Below are positions 36,483 through 46,385 of a stretch of 64,000 bases of DNA, one piece after another. The notes beneath the pieces are model-generated. The model saw nothing but the letters and a program-made list of their open reading frames with translations, ran no database searches and had not been told where the DNA came from. The stretch's first letter is position 1, and every line of letters starts with the position of its first letter. A program made the translations under genes and the position numbers. Where the stretch lies: the IMG/VR virus record IMGVR_UViG_3300028837_000875, positions 24,572 through 88,571 of that record; one strand, 5' to 3'. This stretch comes from a virus.

Positions 36483-39400
36483 AAAGATTTCCTAAAAAGT
36501 TAGACATGACCATTCCGGAATATGAAGAGGATAAACATCTGTATACACCCATTCATGTTCATTCTTCGTATTCTCTTTTTGATTCAGTCAGCACAATCAT
36601 GGAGATTCCAGAAGTTGCCAAGAAGCTTGGAATGAAAGCTGTCTCTTTATCTGACCATGGAACAATGAGCGGTACGTTTTCTTTTGTCGAGCATTGCAAA
36701 AGTAGTGGAGTTAAACCAATTGTAGGCTGTGAGTTCTATGTCAATCCAAGAAGATTAAAAAAAGATAAAGATGCAAACAACCAACACTTGTGTTTGTTTG
36801 CAATGAACATGGAAGGATGGAAGAATCTACTCAAGATAACTTATGACGCAGTTACTAATGGATTCTACTTCAGGCCAAGAACAGATTTGGATTTTATAGC
36901 TGAGCATTCGGAAGGACTCATTTGCACTACTGCTTGCATGGCCTCGCCAATCATCAAGCCGTTTCTCGATGATAATAAAAAGCAAGCTCTAAACAACTTG
37001 AAAAAGTTGAAAGAAGTTTTTGGAGATAGGCTGTACATAGAATTTCAATTCAACGAATTGGATATTCAAAAAAAGATTGTAGACTGGCTTGAATTTATTA
37101 CCAAACGCTTTGGTCTCAAATCTTTGTATGGACTTGATTCTCATTACACGTATCCGAATGATGTGTATCTGCAAGATATTATAAAACTCAATAGAAGAAA
37201 GATGACTGTATATGATGCCAATTGGCAGGAGGCGATTTTTGATATACGTAGACTTTTTATTAAGCCGTTTCAAGTGGCTCTCGACGAACCTGAGGAACTG
37301 GGATTCAAAGTAACCAAACAACGAGTTCGGTCACTTTTAGAAACAACTAATGAGCTTGCAGGTAGAATTCATTTTGAGTTTGAATTAGGATTGCACGCAC
37401 CTGTTTATGAGCATCGTGGCAAAGCGGTAGACCAAGCCAAGTTTTTGAAGCTTCAAATTCAACGCGGCTTCTTGAAGAAAATCAAACAAGGTATGATTCC
37501 AAAAGGACAAGAGGAAGCTTATAGAAAAAGAACATGGTATGAATATGAGCAGATACTTAAATGCGGTTATCCAAATTATTTCTTAATGATTTGGGATATG
37601 GTTCGCGTTGCTGTAAGGCGTGGAATACAAAAGGGCATAGGCAGAGGCAGTGCTTCTGGTTCGCTTGTGTCTTTTGTTCTTGATATAAGCGGAGTGGACC
37701 CCATCAAACATGGCTTGCTCTTCGAGAGATTTCTTGACGTAGAAAGAAAAGACCCACCAGATATAGATTTAGACTGGGAATCAGAACGCAGAAATGAGAT
37801 TGAAGATTATCTTGTCGAGAAGTATGGAAAAGAAAAAGTAGCTCATGTTGCAACGTTCAGTTATTGGGGAACAAAGTCTGCTCTCAGTGAAGTATTCAAA
37901 ACGCTTGGAGAAGATGGAAGTCCTATCTTCGAGATGTCAAAATGGATTCGTTCTGATGAAAAAGACATTCGATATGCAAAGCATGTTGATGATGCTATTG
38001 AATGGCTGAGAAAATATTGTCCGAAAAATGAAGTGATAGATTTAGTTGATAGACAAATGGAACTGGGCGTACCGCTTGCAAAGCGGCTGGTTGATAATGT
38101 GCGTCATGTAGGTTTGCACGCCGGAGGAATTGTCGTCTCTCCTAAGCCGATATGGGAATACATTCCAGTGATTCAGCATAAAGGAAAAATTGTAACTGGT
38201 TTTCCTCAGAGTTCAGAAATACGAAGAGGAGAATGGGGAACGCTTGAGAAAATAGGATTGATAAAGATTGATAATCTTGGAGTCAATTCAGTCTCTACAA
38301 TTAAAGCAACACTTCTCTTGATAAAAGAGAGGCATGACTTAGATTTGTTTGAGCATATATGGAAAGTTGAGTTAGATGATTCTGAGGTATATCGTTTTTA
38401 TGCTGAGTGTTTTACGGAAGGTGTATTTCAAGTAGAGTCAGATAGCATAAACAATTTTATCAGAAGATTGAAGCCAAGCAATTTCAGTGACATCTGTGCT
38501 CTTATGGCTTTGTATAGACCAGGTAGTTTGCAATCAGGAGAATCAGAACGCTTTATAAAGCGCAAGGCTGGAAAAGAGAAGATTGAATATGTACATCCAA
38601 AGCTCAAGAAATATCTTGAGGATACGTATGGGTGTTTTGTTTATCAAGAGCAGCTAATGTTTATCATGCAAGAGCTGGCTGGCTTTGGAAAAGGAGAAGT
38701 TCTACGCAAGATGAAACTTCTCAAGCAAGCATATGATGTCAACAATGTAGATGTGCTTGCAATGGTAAAGCGATTGAGAGAGGAATTGATAAGGCTTTCT
38801 AACTTTACAGAAAAGCAAGCAGATGAATTAACTGAAATGATGCGCAAGTGTTATGCGTATATCTTCAACAAATCTCACGCGACTTCTTATGCGTTCTTCT
38901 CATACCAAATGATGTGGCTTAAAGTACATTATCCTATTGAGTTCTTTTGTGGATTGCTTTCTCGCACGGAGAATCAAATCACAGAATTGAAAGGTGGTGC
39001 AATCAAGTTAAAAATTAAGAAGTATATCTCCGCAGCAAAAAAGCTTGGCATCACAGTTCTTCCTCCAAAGTTTGGAGTATCTGGAAGTGAATTCAAAATT
39101 ATAGATGACAGCACAATTGTTGCTGGTACTCGCATCATAGTTGGCATCGGCAAATCAGCGGCAGAGCTTGACAAGACTGTGGATGATTCCTGCTTTGAGG
39201 ATTTTGTCTGCAATGAAAATATACAGTGGCAGAAACTCAACAAAAGTAAAGTTGAGAAGCTAATAAAAATTGGCTACTTTGATGATTCAGTAAAGACAAG
39301 AAAGAGCATCACCAAAAAACAATTAGTACATGCATGGAAGCTTTACAACGAGAGAAAGAAAAAGAAATGTGAAAGAGATACGATAGTAGAAGCAATCAAA

Positions 39401-39934
39401 GAATCAGTCAAGATAGTTGAAGGAGAATATAGCAAAGCAGAGTTGCTTGAGTTCCAGATTCAAATGTTCAGATTTTTCTTTACTGAACATCCGTTAGAAT
39501 CAAAAGACATAGTCAATCTCATTTGGAAATACAATAAGAAGCAATCTAAGAAAGCACTCAAGATACGCAAGGTCTCTGAGCTTAATTCATCTTCCGCTAA
39601 GCGTGGCACAATGATAGGTTATATCTCAAGCATAAGACGTACAGTGCCGAAGTGCGGCCCATCTAAGGGTGAGCAAATGGCAATTGTCACAATAGAAGAT
39701 AACAGAGATAAGGCAAGAGTTCTTATATGGCCTGAGTTCTATGAGATTCCAGAATATAAAAAGTTGCTGAAAGAGGGAAACGTTCTTGTGCTCAGATTGA
39801 AACGCAAGAAACAATCTGGTGAGGAAGATTCAAAAGTATATGAGCTTGCAGATATTAGCGGCAAAGCACAATTGGTGAGTGCGGTAGACTTGGGTAGAAG
39901 AATAAAGAGAAACACAAAAAGAAAGAAGGAATAA
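36479..39934 (+). CDS. dnaE: DNA polymerase III alpha subunit (family C)
   Basis: PHP HVHSSYS/SDHG, GRGSASGSLV, FERFL, PDIDLD, FNKSHA, C-terminal OB fold. Confidence 0.95.
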   Translation: MKRFPKKLDMTIPEYEEDKHLYTPIHVHSSYSLFDSVSTIMEIPEVAKKLGMKAVSLSDHGTMSGTFSFVEHCKSSGVKPIVGCEFYVNPRRLKKDKDANNQHLCLFAMNMEGWKNLLKITYDAVTNGFYFRPRTDLDFIAEHSEGLICTTACMASPIIKPFLDDNKKQALNNLKKLKEVFGDRLYIEFQFNELDIQKKIVDWLEFITKRFGLKSLYGLDSHYTYPNDVYLQDIIKLNRRKMTVYDANWQEAIFDIRRLFIKPFQVALDEPEELGFKVTKQRVRSLLETTNELAGRIHFEFELGLHAPVYEHRGKAVDQAKFLKLQIQRGFLKKIKQGMIPKGQEEAYRKRTWYEYEQILKCGYPNYFLMIWDMVRVAVRRGIQKGIGRGSASGSLVSFVLDISGVDPIKHGLLFERFLDVERKDPPDIDLDWESERRNEIEDYLVEKYGKEKVAHVATFSYWGTKSALSEVFKTLGEDGSPIFEMSKWIRSDEKDIRYAKHVDDAIEWLRKYCPKNEVIDLVDRQMELGVPLAKRLVDNVRHVGLHAGGIVVSPKPIWEYIPVIQHKGKIVTGFPQSSEIRRGEWGTLEKIGLIKIDNLGVNSVSTIKATLLLIKERHDLDLFEHIWKVELDDSEVYRFYAECFTEGVFQVESDSINNFIRRLKPSNFSDICALMALYRPGSLQSGESERFIKRKAGKEKIEYVHPKLKKYLEDTYGCFVYQEQLMFIMQELAGFGKGEVLRKMKLLKQAYDVNNVDVLAMVKRLREELIRLSNFTEKQADELTEMMRKCYAYIFNKSHATSYAFFSYQMMWLKVHYPIEFFCGLLSRTENQITELKGGAIKLKIKKYISAAKKLGITVLPPKFGVSGSEFKIIDDSTIVAGTRIIVGIGKSAAELDKTVDDSCFEDFVCNENIQWQKLNKSKVEKLIKIGYFDDSVKTRKSITKKQLVHAWKLYNERKKKKCERDTIVEAIKESVKIVEGEYSKAELLEFQIQMFRFFFTEHPLESKDIVNLIWKYNKKQSKKALKIRKVSELNSSSAKRGTMIGYISSIRRTVPKCGPSKGEQMAIVTIEDNRDKARVLIWPEFYEIPEYKKLLKEGNVLVLRLKRKKQSGEEDSKVYELADISGKAQLVSAVDLGRRIKRNTKRKKE

Positions 39935-40491
39935 TGAAGCGCAAAGTTCTTCGTAAACCAAGAGAGTGGAATACTGAGGGCTACAAAGTATTTATCAAAG
40001 ATACTGAAAGCCTGAAAATTCGTAAAGCGTATGATAGATTGAAGAATAAGTTATCATTGAAAACGCAGAGAATGAGTCACGAAAGTTTGATTCAAGCTCT
40101 TGATTCTGCATCTGACGATTATGTGCTTGCTTGCGATTTGTTTTTAATTGCAAAAGATGAAATGGATAAGTTTCAAATTCATTATGATATTGAAATGTCT
40201 AAATACACATCTGAAGCTCACACAGCACTTGAGAAGAAAAAGAAAGCAAAGACAATTACATCACAGATTACTGAATCACTTAAGAAATCATGGGTATATG
40301 AACATCACGAAGAGAAAGTAAAAGAACTGGAGGAGACTAAAAGACAATTAAAAATAGTGCGATTGAGAATGGAGATACTGAAAGATGCTTGGGAAAAGCG
40401 AATGTCAAGCTTGCAATCTCAAGCAAGAGCAATTGAAAGTCAACGTCAAATTCGTCTTGGTAGAGGAGGAAAAGATGGCTCCGAAGAGTAA
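39934..40491 (+). CDS. Helical protein, possible recombination mediator (UvsY-like position)
   Basis: Coiled coil; upstream of SSB-like and RecA genes. Confidence 0.35.
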   Translation: MKRKVLRKPREWNTEGYKVFIKDTESLKIRKAYDRLKNKLSLKTQRMSHESLIQALDSASDDYVLACDLFLIAKDEMDKFQIHYDIEMSKYTSEAHTALEKKKKAKTITSQITESLKKSWVYEHHEEKVKELEETKRQLKIVRLRMEILKDAWEKRMSSLQSQARAIESQRQIRLGRGGKDGSEE

Positions 40492-40657
40492 AGGAAAAGA
40501 GCCAGAAGTTCTAATGCAGAAATCGCAATCGTCCTGCACAATCAAGCGGGACTCAAAAGGTGTTACTTCATTTGAAATTAAAACTTATGCTGATACTATT
40601 GAAGAGGCGGTAACGAAAGCGGAAAAAGAATTCAAGAAGCTTGAGAAAAACCATTAG
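40475..40657 (+). CDS. Small hypothetical protein
   Basis: GAGGAGG SD before ATG 40475. Confidence 0.45.
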   Translation: MAPKSKGKEPEVLMQKSQSSCTIKRDSKGVTSFEIKTYADTIEEAVTKAEKEFKKLEKNH

Positions 40658-40671
40658 GAGGTAAGACGGCA

Positions 40672-41850
40672 ATGGCAGGACTTGGAAGTAAGAAATTCAT
40701 GGGCGAGACAAAAGGCGGCAGCGGAGATATTTTAAGTTGGAAAGATGACGGGAAGATAGTCGGATTCATTCATCTGAAAGGCTTCTTTCCGCGTAAGACT
40801 TATTGGCTTTCATTTATGAGAGAAAATGATGAAGAGGAAATGGAACTCGTACGCCAGCCGTTCGTTTGTCCTGGCATAGAAAACAGATGTCCAATCTGTG
40901 AGTTGCGAGAGCACTTGAAAGAAAATTCTGATATTGAAGATGACGAAACAATATATGAAGTTGGCAAGAAGAAAAAGAAAGTAGAGATACTGAAGGGTGA
41001 TGCCCTCGGCCTTAAAGATTATGACTGGCGGCAGTCTCTCATTCCGAATAAGGAATTTCTTTTCGGCTTCATTGATTCTGATAATGTCGAAGGTGGAGTA
41101 GGCATTATCATTGCTTCTGCTGGACTCGGACGTGCAGTATCAAATTGCATGGAGAGCAGAATGGATGACGTCGGCGACGAGGAAGGAGACCCGTTGCAAC
41201 ATCCATACGCTATCAAGCTTGTGTACAAAGAAAAAGAATCTCCAGCAAACAAGTACAAAGCGTATTTCAATGATGCTGAATTGACTGAAGAAATTAAAGA
41301 GCTTCTTGAAGGAGCAGGTCCTAAGCTTGACAATCTTGTAGCTGCAAATACTCCGCGTGAGATTTGGGACATCATTGAAGATGGACTTGATGTCAAGGGT
41401 TTTACTCCTTCGTTCCTGGAACATGAAGATGAAGAGGGCAGCAAGGAACAGAAGTCAAAGAGCAAGAAGAAAAAAGAAGATGACGAAGATGAGGAAGAAA
41501 AGTCATCTAAGAAAAAGAAAAAGTTCAAGACAAAAAAAGTGAAGGAGACGAAGGACGAGGACGAGGATGAAGAGAAATCTTCAAAGAAGAAAAAGAAGCT
41601 CAAGATAAAGAAAAAGAAAGAGGAGGAAGAGGACGAGGATATGGAGCCATGTCCCGCTTGCAACAAAGAGATTCCTCTTTCAAGCAAGAAGTGTAAGTAC
41701 TGCGGAGTTGAATTTGAATTGACAGAAGATGAAGATGGAGAATCGAGTGACAAAGACGATGACGATGAGAAAATGAAAAAGTGTGAGTACTGCGGAGAGA
41801 AAGTCAAAGCATCATCGAAGAGATGCGCCGAATGCGGAGAGAAGTTTTGA
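40672..41850 (+). CDS. ssDNA-binding protein-like (gp32-type) with charged tail and zinc ribbons
   Basis: CPG...CPIC motif, GDPL..Y.IKL; Asp/Glu/Lys tail; two CxxC-CxxC ribbons; next to RecA. Confidence 0.55.
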   Translation: MAGLGSKKFMGETKGGSGDILSWKDDGKIVGFIHLKGFFPRKTYWLSFMRENDEEEMELVRQPFVCPGIENRCPICELREHLKENSDIEDDETIYEVGKKKKKVEILKGDALGLKDYDWRQSLIPNKEFLFGFIDSDNVEGGVGIIIASAGLGRAVSNCMESRMDDVGDEEGDPLQHPYAIKLVYKEKESPANKYKAYFNDAELTEEIKELLEGAGPKLDNLVAANTPREIWDIIEDGLDVKGFTPSFLEHEDEEGSKEQKSKSKKKKEDDEDEEEKSSKKKKKFKTKKVKETKDEDEDEEKSSKKKKKLKIKKKKEEEEDEDMEPCPACNKEIPLSSKKCKYCGVEFELTEDEDGESSDKDDDDEKMKKCEYCGEKVKASSKRCAECGEKF

Positions 41851-41907
41851 GCAACAATAAGAAGAAAAAGAAGCTCAAGTTAAAGAGGAAAATCAAAGGG
41901 CAGGATA

Positions 41908-42843
41908 ATGTCAGCTTCACATATTGGTGGACTGCCAGGCGGCTGTATCGTTGAGTTTCACGGACCGAACATGGGAGGCAAGACTACACTTGGAGTTGCG
42001 TGCCTTGCTTCTGCTCAACGAAGCGGTCATGTTGTAGGCATCAAAGATTATGAAGGTTCATTCAAAGATAAGAAGTGGCCAAAAGCTCTCGGCTTAGATT
42101 TAAGCACTTGTCTTTATGATGCTCCACTTACGCTCGAAGAGGGTGCAGACAGTCTCAATGAAACAGTTATAAAATTCAAAAAGCGTGCATCTAAGGACAA
42201 ACGATATAAAGATAAGATGATGCTTTGGCTTATAGACTCTGCACCAGCAATGGTTCCGCTGTCTGAACTTGAAGAGAAAACTGGAAAGCGCAACTTTGGT
42301 TTACAAGCAAACCTTTTTTCAAGTTGGTTGAGGAAGCTCAACACTTTGATAAAGCGTACAAACATATCAATCATCTTTATCAATCAGGAACGTGTCAGGA
42401 TAGGAGCTAAGGCCTTCGAGAAGAAATGGAAAACTGCCTGCGGTGAAGCTCTAAAATATTATGCTCATTTTAGAGTCCGTGTTCTGCAAGCTTCAAAGTG
42501 GAAGATGGGCGACAGGATAATAGGCAAGGAACACAGATTTATTGTAGAGAAGAATAAAGTTTCTGCTCCAGATGAAATGGGTTATTTCTATACTTCAAAT
42601 GGAAATTATCCGGAGACATGCAAGCTTGGTTTTGGCATGTCAAAAACTTTATTAAAAGAAGCAACGGAGCAGGAAATAATTACCAAGCAAGGTAAAGTAA
42701 AATGGACCTGCGATTTTGATGAAGCTACTGAAGGCGGTTTAACCGAGAGCAAGATGCTTGATAAACTCAGCAACGATTGGAGATTTGAGCAATGGTTGTT
42801 ATCTGAGTTTGAGAGGAGAATGCAAAGTGACAGACAAGGTTAA
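41908..42843 (+). CDS. recA: RecA/UvsX-like recombinase (N-terminus appears missing)
   Basis: IGGLPGG.IVEFHGPNMGGKTT, IDSAPAMVP, IFINQER, GEALKYYA, KNKVSAP. Confidence 0.9.
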   Translation: MSASHIGGLPGGCIVEFHGPNMGGKTTLGVACLASAQRSGHVVGIKDYEGSFKDKKWPKALGLDLSTCLYDAPLTLEEGADSLNETVIKFKKRASKDKRYKDKMMLWLIDSAPAMVPLSELEEKTGKRNFGLQANLFSSWLRKLNTLIKRTNISIIFINQERVRIGAKAFEKKWKTACGEALKYYAHFRVRVLQASKWKMGDRIIGKEHRFIVEKNKVSAPDEMGYFYTSNGNYPETCKLGFGMSKTLLKEATEQEIITKQGKVKWTCDFDEATEGGLTESKMLDKLSNDWRFEQWLLSEFERRMQSDRQG

Positions 42844-43120
42844 ACCAGATAAAGCAAGAAAGTTAAACAATCAAACAATGTTCAATTTAGTCAGCAAGAG
42901 ATACGGACTTGGGAAAGTAGATTTTGCTAAGCTGGAGCCTGCTATACGCAAGCTTATAAATGAAGAAACTCCAATGAACATACCAGACAGTTTAAGTTTT
43001 CCGTTTGGTGTTATATTGCTAACTTTCTTAATTAGGGTGAAGGCTGTATTTATTGATGGCAAGGGCTATGTAGATTTGGAAAAGTTGCTCAAGATAAAAC
43101 AGAAACAGAAGGACAAATGA
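42827..43120 (+). CDS. Hypothetical protein
   Basis: GAGGAG SD and GTG; overlaps neighbours. Confidence 0.4.
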   Translation: MTDKVKPDKARKLNNQTMFNLVSKRYGLGKVDFAKLEPAIRKLINEETPMNIPDSLSFPFGVILLTFLIRVKAVFIDGKGYVDLEKLLKIKQKQKDK

Positions 43121-43860
43121 AAGCAATAACAATTGGATGCTCTCACTTTGGATTAGTATACAAGGGCATCAATTTCAATGACAGAATACATAAGTGCTTT
43201 GAGCAGATTTTTGACTATGCTCAAAAAGTTAAACCGGACATCATAATTTTTCTTGGTGATATTTTTCATAACATGGGCTATTCAATGGATGCCATGGTAT
43301 TGGTTATTCAATGGCTTCATAACTTTGATTCTCTTGGGTGCAGGATAGAAGTAGTGCAAGGCAACCATGATAAAAAGAAGTTCAGCAATGACGAGAAGGA
43401 TGTCTTTGATTTGCTTGAAGTTTTGAAGTTTGATAATATAATGATACGGCGTGGAAGGCTTTCTTTCTACGCAGTTAAAAAAGAAAAGCTTGCTTTCATT
43501 TTCATTCCATATCTTGATAAATCAGATTTGCCAGAAGAATATTCAAACGTTCAGAAGTATATTGATGATATGGCTGAGCTTGTTCTTGAAAAATTGAAGA
43601 GTAAATGGCAAGGATACAAAGCTTATGTCTTCAGTCATCTTTCAGTTGAAGGTGCAAAGACTGGTTCAGAGATTGAATTCATAAGCAGTTCAGATATAAG
43701 CGTGCCTAAATGCTTGATTAAATCTCAAGCAGTCAAGAAGATATTCAACGGACATATTCACTTGAAACAAGAAGTAGGAAAGGTAGTGATGCCAGGCTCG
43801 ATTGAATCTTTTCGTTTTGGTGAAGGAAGCGAAAGATTTTTCTTGGACATAGAGTTATGA
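43117..43860 (+). CDS. sbcD: SbcD/Mre11-like metallophosphoesterase nuclease domain
   Basis: SHFG, LGDIFH, GNHD, FSH, GHIH, PGS...FGE. Confidence 0.85.
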   Translation: MKAITIGCSHFGLVYKGINFNDRIHKCFEQIFDYAQKVKPDIIIFLGDIFHNMGYSMDAMVLVIQWLHNFDSLGCRIEVVQGNHDKKKFSNDEKDVFDLLEVLKFDNIMIRRGRLSFYAVKKEKLAFIFIPYLDKSDLPEEYSNVQKYIDDMAELVLEKLKSKWQGYKAYVFSHLSVEGAKTGSEIEFISSSDISVPKCLIKSQAVKKIFNGHIHLKQEVGKVVMPGSIESFRFGEGSERFFLDIEL

Positions 43861-44240
43861 TTAAGTGGCAAAAAATCAAAGGAACAAAACTTGTTGAGTT
43901 AGGTTATGACTTGACTCGACATAAGGCAAAGATAATATTGCCGAAAGATATTTCTGGTAGTATCGTCAAAGTAAATTTTGTGCTATCTAAAGAGGACTAC
44001 AAACAGAGCAAGATAGATTCTATTATTGATTCATTGAAAAGTAAAAAGCCGGCATTAGTTTTCATCGGAAAGATTCAAGTCAAGGATGATAGGTTTGCAG
44101 AAGATGAAGAAAAGAGTTTGCCACTATCGTTAAGCAGAGAAGAGTTGATTAAAGAGTTTGCAAAACTTTTTGCTCCTGAAAGATTGAGAGCTAAAGTAAT
44201 TAAGACAGCCATGATTGTTTTGGAAAAGACAAATGCTTAA
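43857..44240 (+). CDS. Probable SbcD C-terminal (cap/linker) domain encoded separately
   Basis: ATGA overlap; GSIVKVNF...SLSREELIKEF pattern; between sbcD and sbcC. Confidence 0.5.
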   Translation: MIKWQKIKGTKLVELGYDLTRHKAKIILPKDISGSIVKVNFVLSKEDYKQSKIDSIIDSLKSKKPALVFIGKIQVKDDRFAEDEEKSLPLSLSREELIKEFAKLFAPERLRAKVIKTAMIVLEKTNA

Positions 44241-44264
44241 AGATAAAATCAATGGAGCAACTTA

Positions 44265-46385
44265 ATGTTACGTTCACTCGAATTTGAATATTTCTTGTGC
44301 TTTGGTCCTAAGGTGACGCTAAGCTTTGGACCTGAGTTCAACGTGATGATAACAGGCAAATGGAAAGACCAAAAACATCGTTCTAATTGGTCAGGAAAAT
44401 CTTCATTGCTTGAAGTTATTAAGTTCTTGCTCTACGGAGAATCGAGAAGCAAGTATGTAAAAGATATTCCAAATGATAATTTTGATAAGCCGGCCAAAGT
44501 TTCAGGAGTAATAAATATTGATGGCAAAGAGCTTGAGATTTCAAGAGAAGTGCAAGGTGGAACTTCAAAGCTTGAAGTCAAAGGCTGGAGTTCAGTAGAC
44601 AAAAAAGTATTGCAAGCCAGATTGAATCGGCTTCTTGGTTATGACTATGATGATTTCATTTCTACTTGCTTCTTTAATCAAGGAGAGATTCATCAGTTCA
44701 TGGCAGCTAAGCCAGCAGAGAAGCTTGCGTTATTAGAAAAGTGGATGGAGATTCTCACATGGGATGAATGTGAGCAAGAAACAAAAGAGAGAAAAAAAGA
44801 AGTTGAGAGCAAGCTTGAAGAAATACAAGAAGCGATTGAGCAGTTACCAGAATTGAAATCAAATCTTCGAGAGACAAATGAGTCTATCGAAGAGACAGAG
44901 AATAAAATCAAAGAGGAGGAAGAGCAAGCAAAAAGGTTGCAAGATAAAGTTGATAACATGAGGTTCCGAATCGCAAGCAAAGGTTATGAAGATGAACTCA
45001 AGCAGAAGAAAGATGCAGAGAATGAATCTTTCAAGCTTGGAGAATTGAAACATGCTGAACAAGACTTAAAGCAAATCGAAAAAGACATCATGTCTAACGG
45101 TGAAGTCATAAGAGAAGCAACAAGCAACGCTCCTGAATTAAAGAAACTATATAATCGTAAGAGAGACATTTGGAGCAACGTAGAGCGATATGCAGCAAGG
45201 TTGACAGAATGTCAGAGGGACATTTCAACAGTTGAAGATAGGATAGATAAGATAGGAAGCGGCAAGCAGTGCCCGCTTGATGGAAAGTCTTGTGTTCGTA
45301 CTGATAGCATTCTTGATTATAAAAAAAAGCAAAGGCAAGAACTCAAGAAGCTTCAAGAGAAAGAGAAAACGATAAGTACCAAAAAGCGTTCACTTGAATC
45401 AGAGCATACAAAAGTAGAGTTTAGTATTTCTGATATGAGGGCAACAGCTAATCAAGCAGAGAAAGCAGAACTCAAAATTGAAACGCTTGAAGAGAAGCTT
45501 ACGGCAGCAAGCAAAAAGATTGAGCGTATAAAGCATCTCAATGCTGTTATCAAATCACTGAACACAAAGCTTGCAAAGAGTTCAAAGTCTGATTCGTTAG
45601 TCGATAAATTGAAAAAAGAACTTGAAGAGAAGCGGGAAGAATTGCAAGAGCTTCAAAGTGAAACCAAAGATAAGTATGAACGTCTTGGTGAATTAAAGAA
45701 TGAGCGAGAGCAGATAAGGACAAAGCTTAAAGAAGTAAAGTCAGGTGAGAAGCGAATGAGTTTATTGTTACAGCAAAAAGAGGTATTGACTTTCTGCTCA
45801 TTGATGTTTGGCAAAAGAGGAATCCGTTCTTCTCAGCTTAGAAGCAGGATTGAAAACATAGAACGAGAAACAAACTTAATTCTTGACGAGCTTGATTCAA
45901 AGCTTCAGATTGAAATACATACTGAGCGTGAGTTAGGTGCTTGGGAATCCTCTTGCATTTATTGCGGCAGGGACTTTCCAAAAGGTTATTCAAAGCGAAA
46001 ATGTGATGCGTGTAATAATTTCAGGAGGAAGAAACGCAAAGAAGAATTTGATATTAAGATAGTCAACAACGGAAGAACAAGGGGCTTCAATCAGGAATCA
46101 GGTGGAGTAAAAACACTTGTGTCATTAGCCATCAGATTATCTCTGGTGAAGCTCCGTCAAAGAATTACAGGCAAGTCAATTGATTTGCTTTTCCTTGACG
46201 AGATATACGGGATGCTTGATTCAGTTAACAGAGAACAAGTGTATAGGTTCTTGCTCGATTATGCAAAGAACAAACTCGGCTTCAAGCAGATATTCCAAAT
46301 CACTCATATAGATGATGGAAGAACTGAAGGTGATAAAATAGAAGTCATTAAGCGTAGAAGATTTTCGGAAGTAAATTGGGCATGA
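44265..46385 (+). CDS. sbcC: SbcC/Rad50-like SMC ATPase
   Basis: SNWSGKSS Walker A, FNQG Q-loop, coiled coil with CPLDG hook, ESGG signature, FLDE, ITH. Confidence 0.9.
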   Translation: MLRSLEFEYFLCFGPKVTLSFGPEFNVMITGKWKDQKHRSNWSGKSSLLEVIKFLLYGESRSKYVKDIPNDNFDKPAKVSGVINIDGKELEISREVQGGTSKLEVKGWSSVDKKVLQARLNRLLGYDYDDFISTCFFNQGEIHQFMAAKPAEKLALLEKWMEILTWDECEQETKERKKEVESKLEEIQEAIEQLPELKSNLRETNESIEETENKIKEEEEQAKRLQDKVDNMRFRIASKGYEDELKQKKDAENESFKLGELKHAEQDLKQIEKDIMSNGEVIREATSNAPELKKLYNRKRDIWSNVERYAARLTECQRDISTVEDRIDKIGSGKQCPLDGKSCVRTDSILDYKKKQRQELKKLQEKEKTISTKKRSLESEHTKVEFSISDMRATANQAEKAELKIETLEEKLTAASKKIERIKHLNAVIKSLNTKLAKSSKSDSLVDKLKKELEEKREELQELQSETKDKYERLGELKNEREQIRTKLKEVKSGEKRMSLLLQQKEVLTFCSLMFGKRGIRSSQLRSRIENIERETNLILDELDSKLQIEIHTERELGAWESSCIYCGRDFPKGYSKRKCDACNNFRRKKRKEEFDIKIVNNGRTRGFNQESGGVKTLVSLAIRLSLVKLRQRITGKSIDLLFLDEIYGMLDSVNREQVYRFLLDYAKNKLGFKQIFQITHIDDGRTEGDKIEVIKRRRFSEVNWA

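Noticed and set aside
36479-39934. Intein or split in DnaE
   Set aside because: Length and motif order fit an uninterrupted DnaE.
41019-41807. 262-aa minus-strand Ser/Phe-rich ORF, and the other minus-strand ORFs
   Set aside because: Antisense shadows of Lys/Glu-rich + strand genes, with no motifs; the window is unidirectional.
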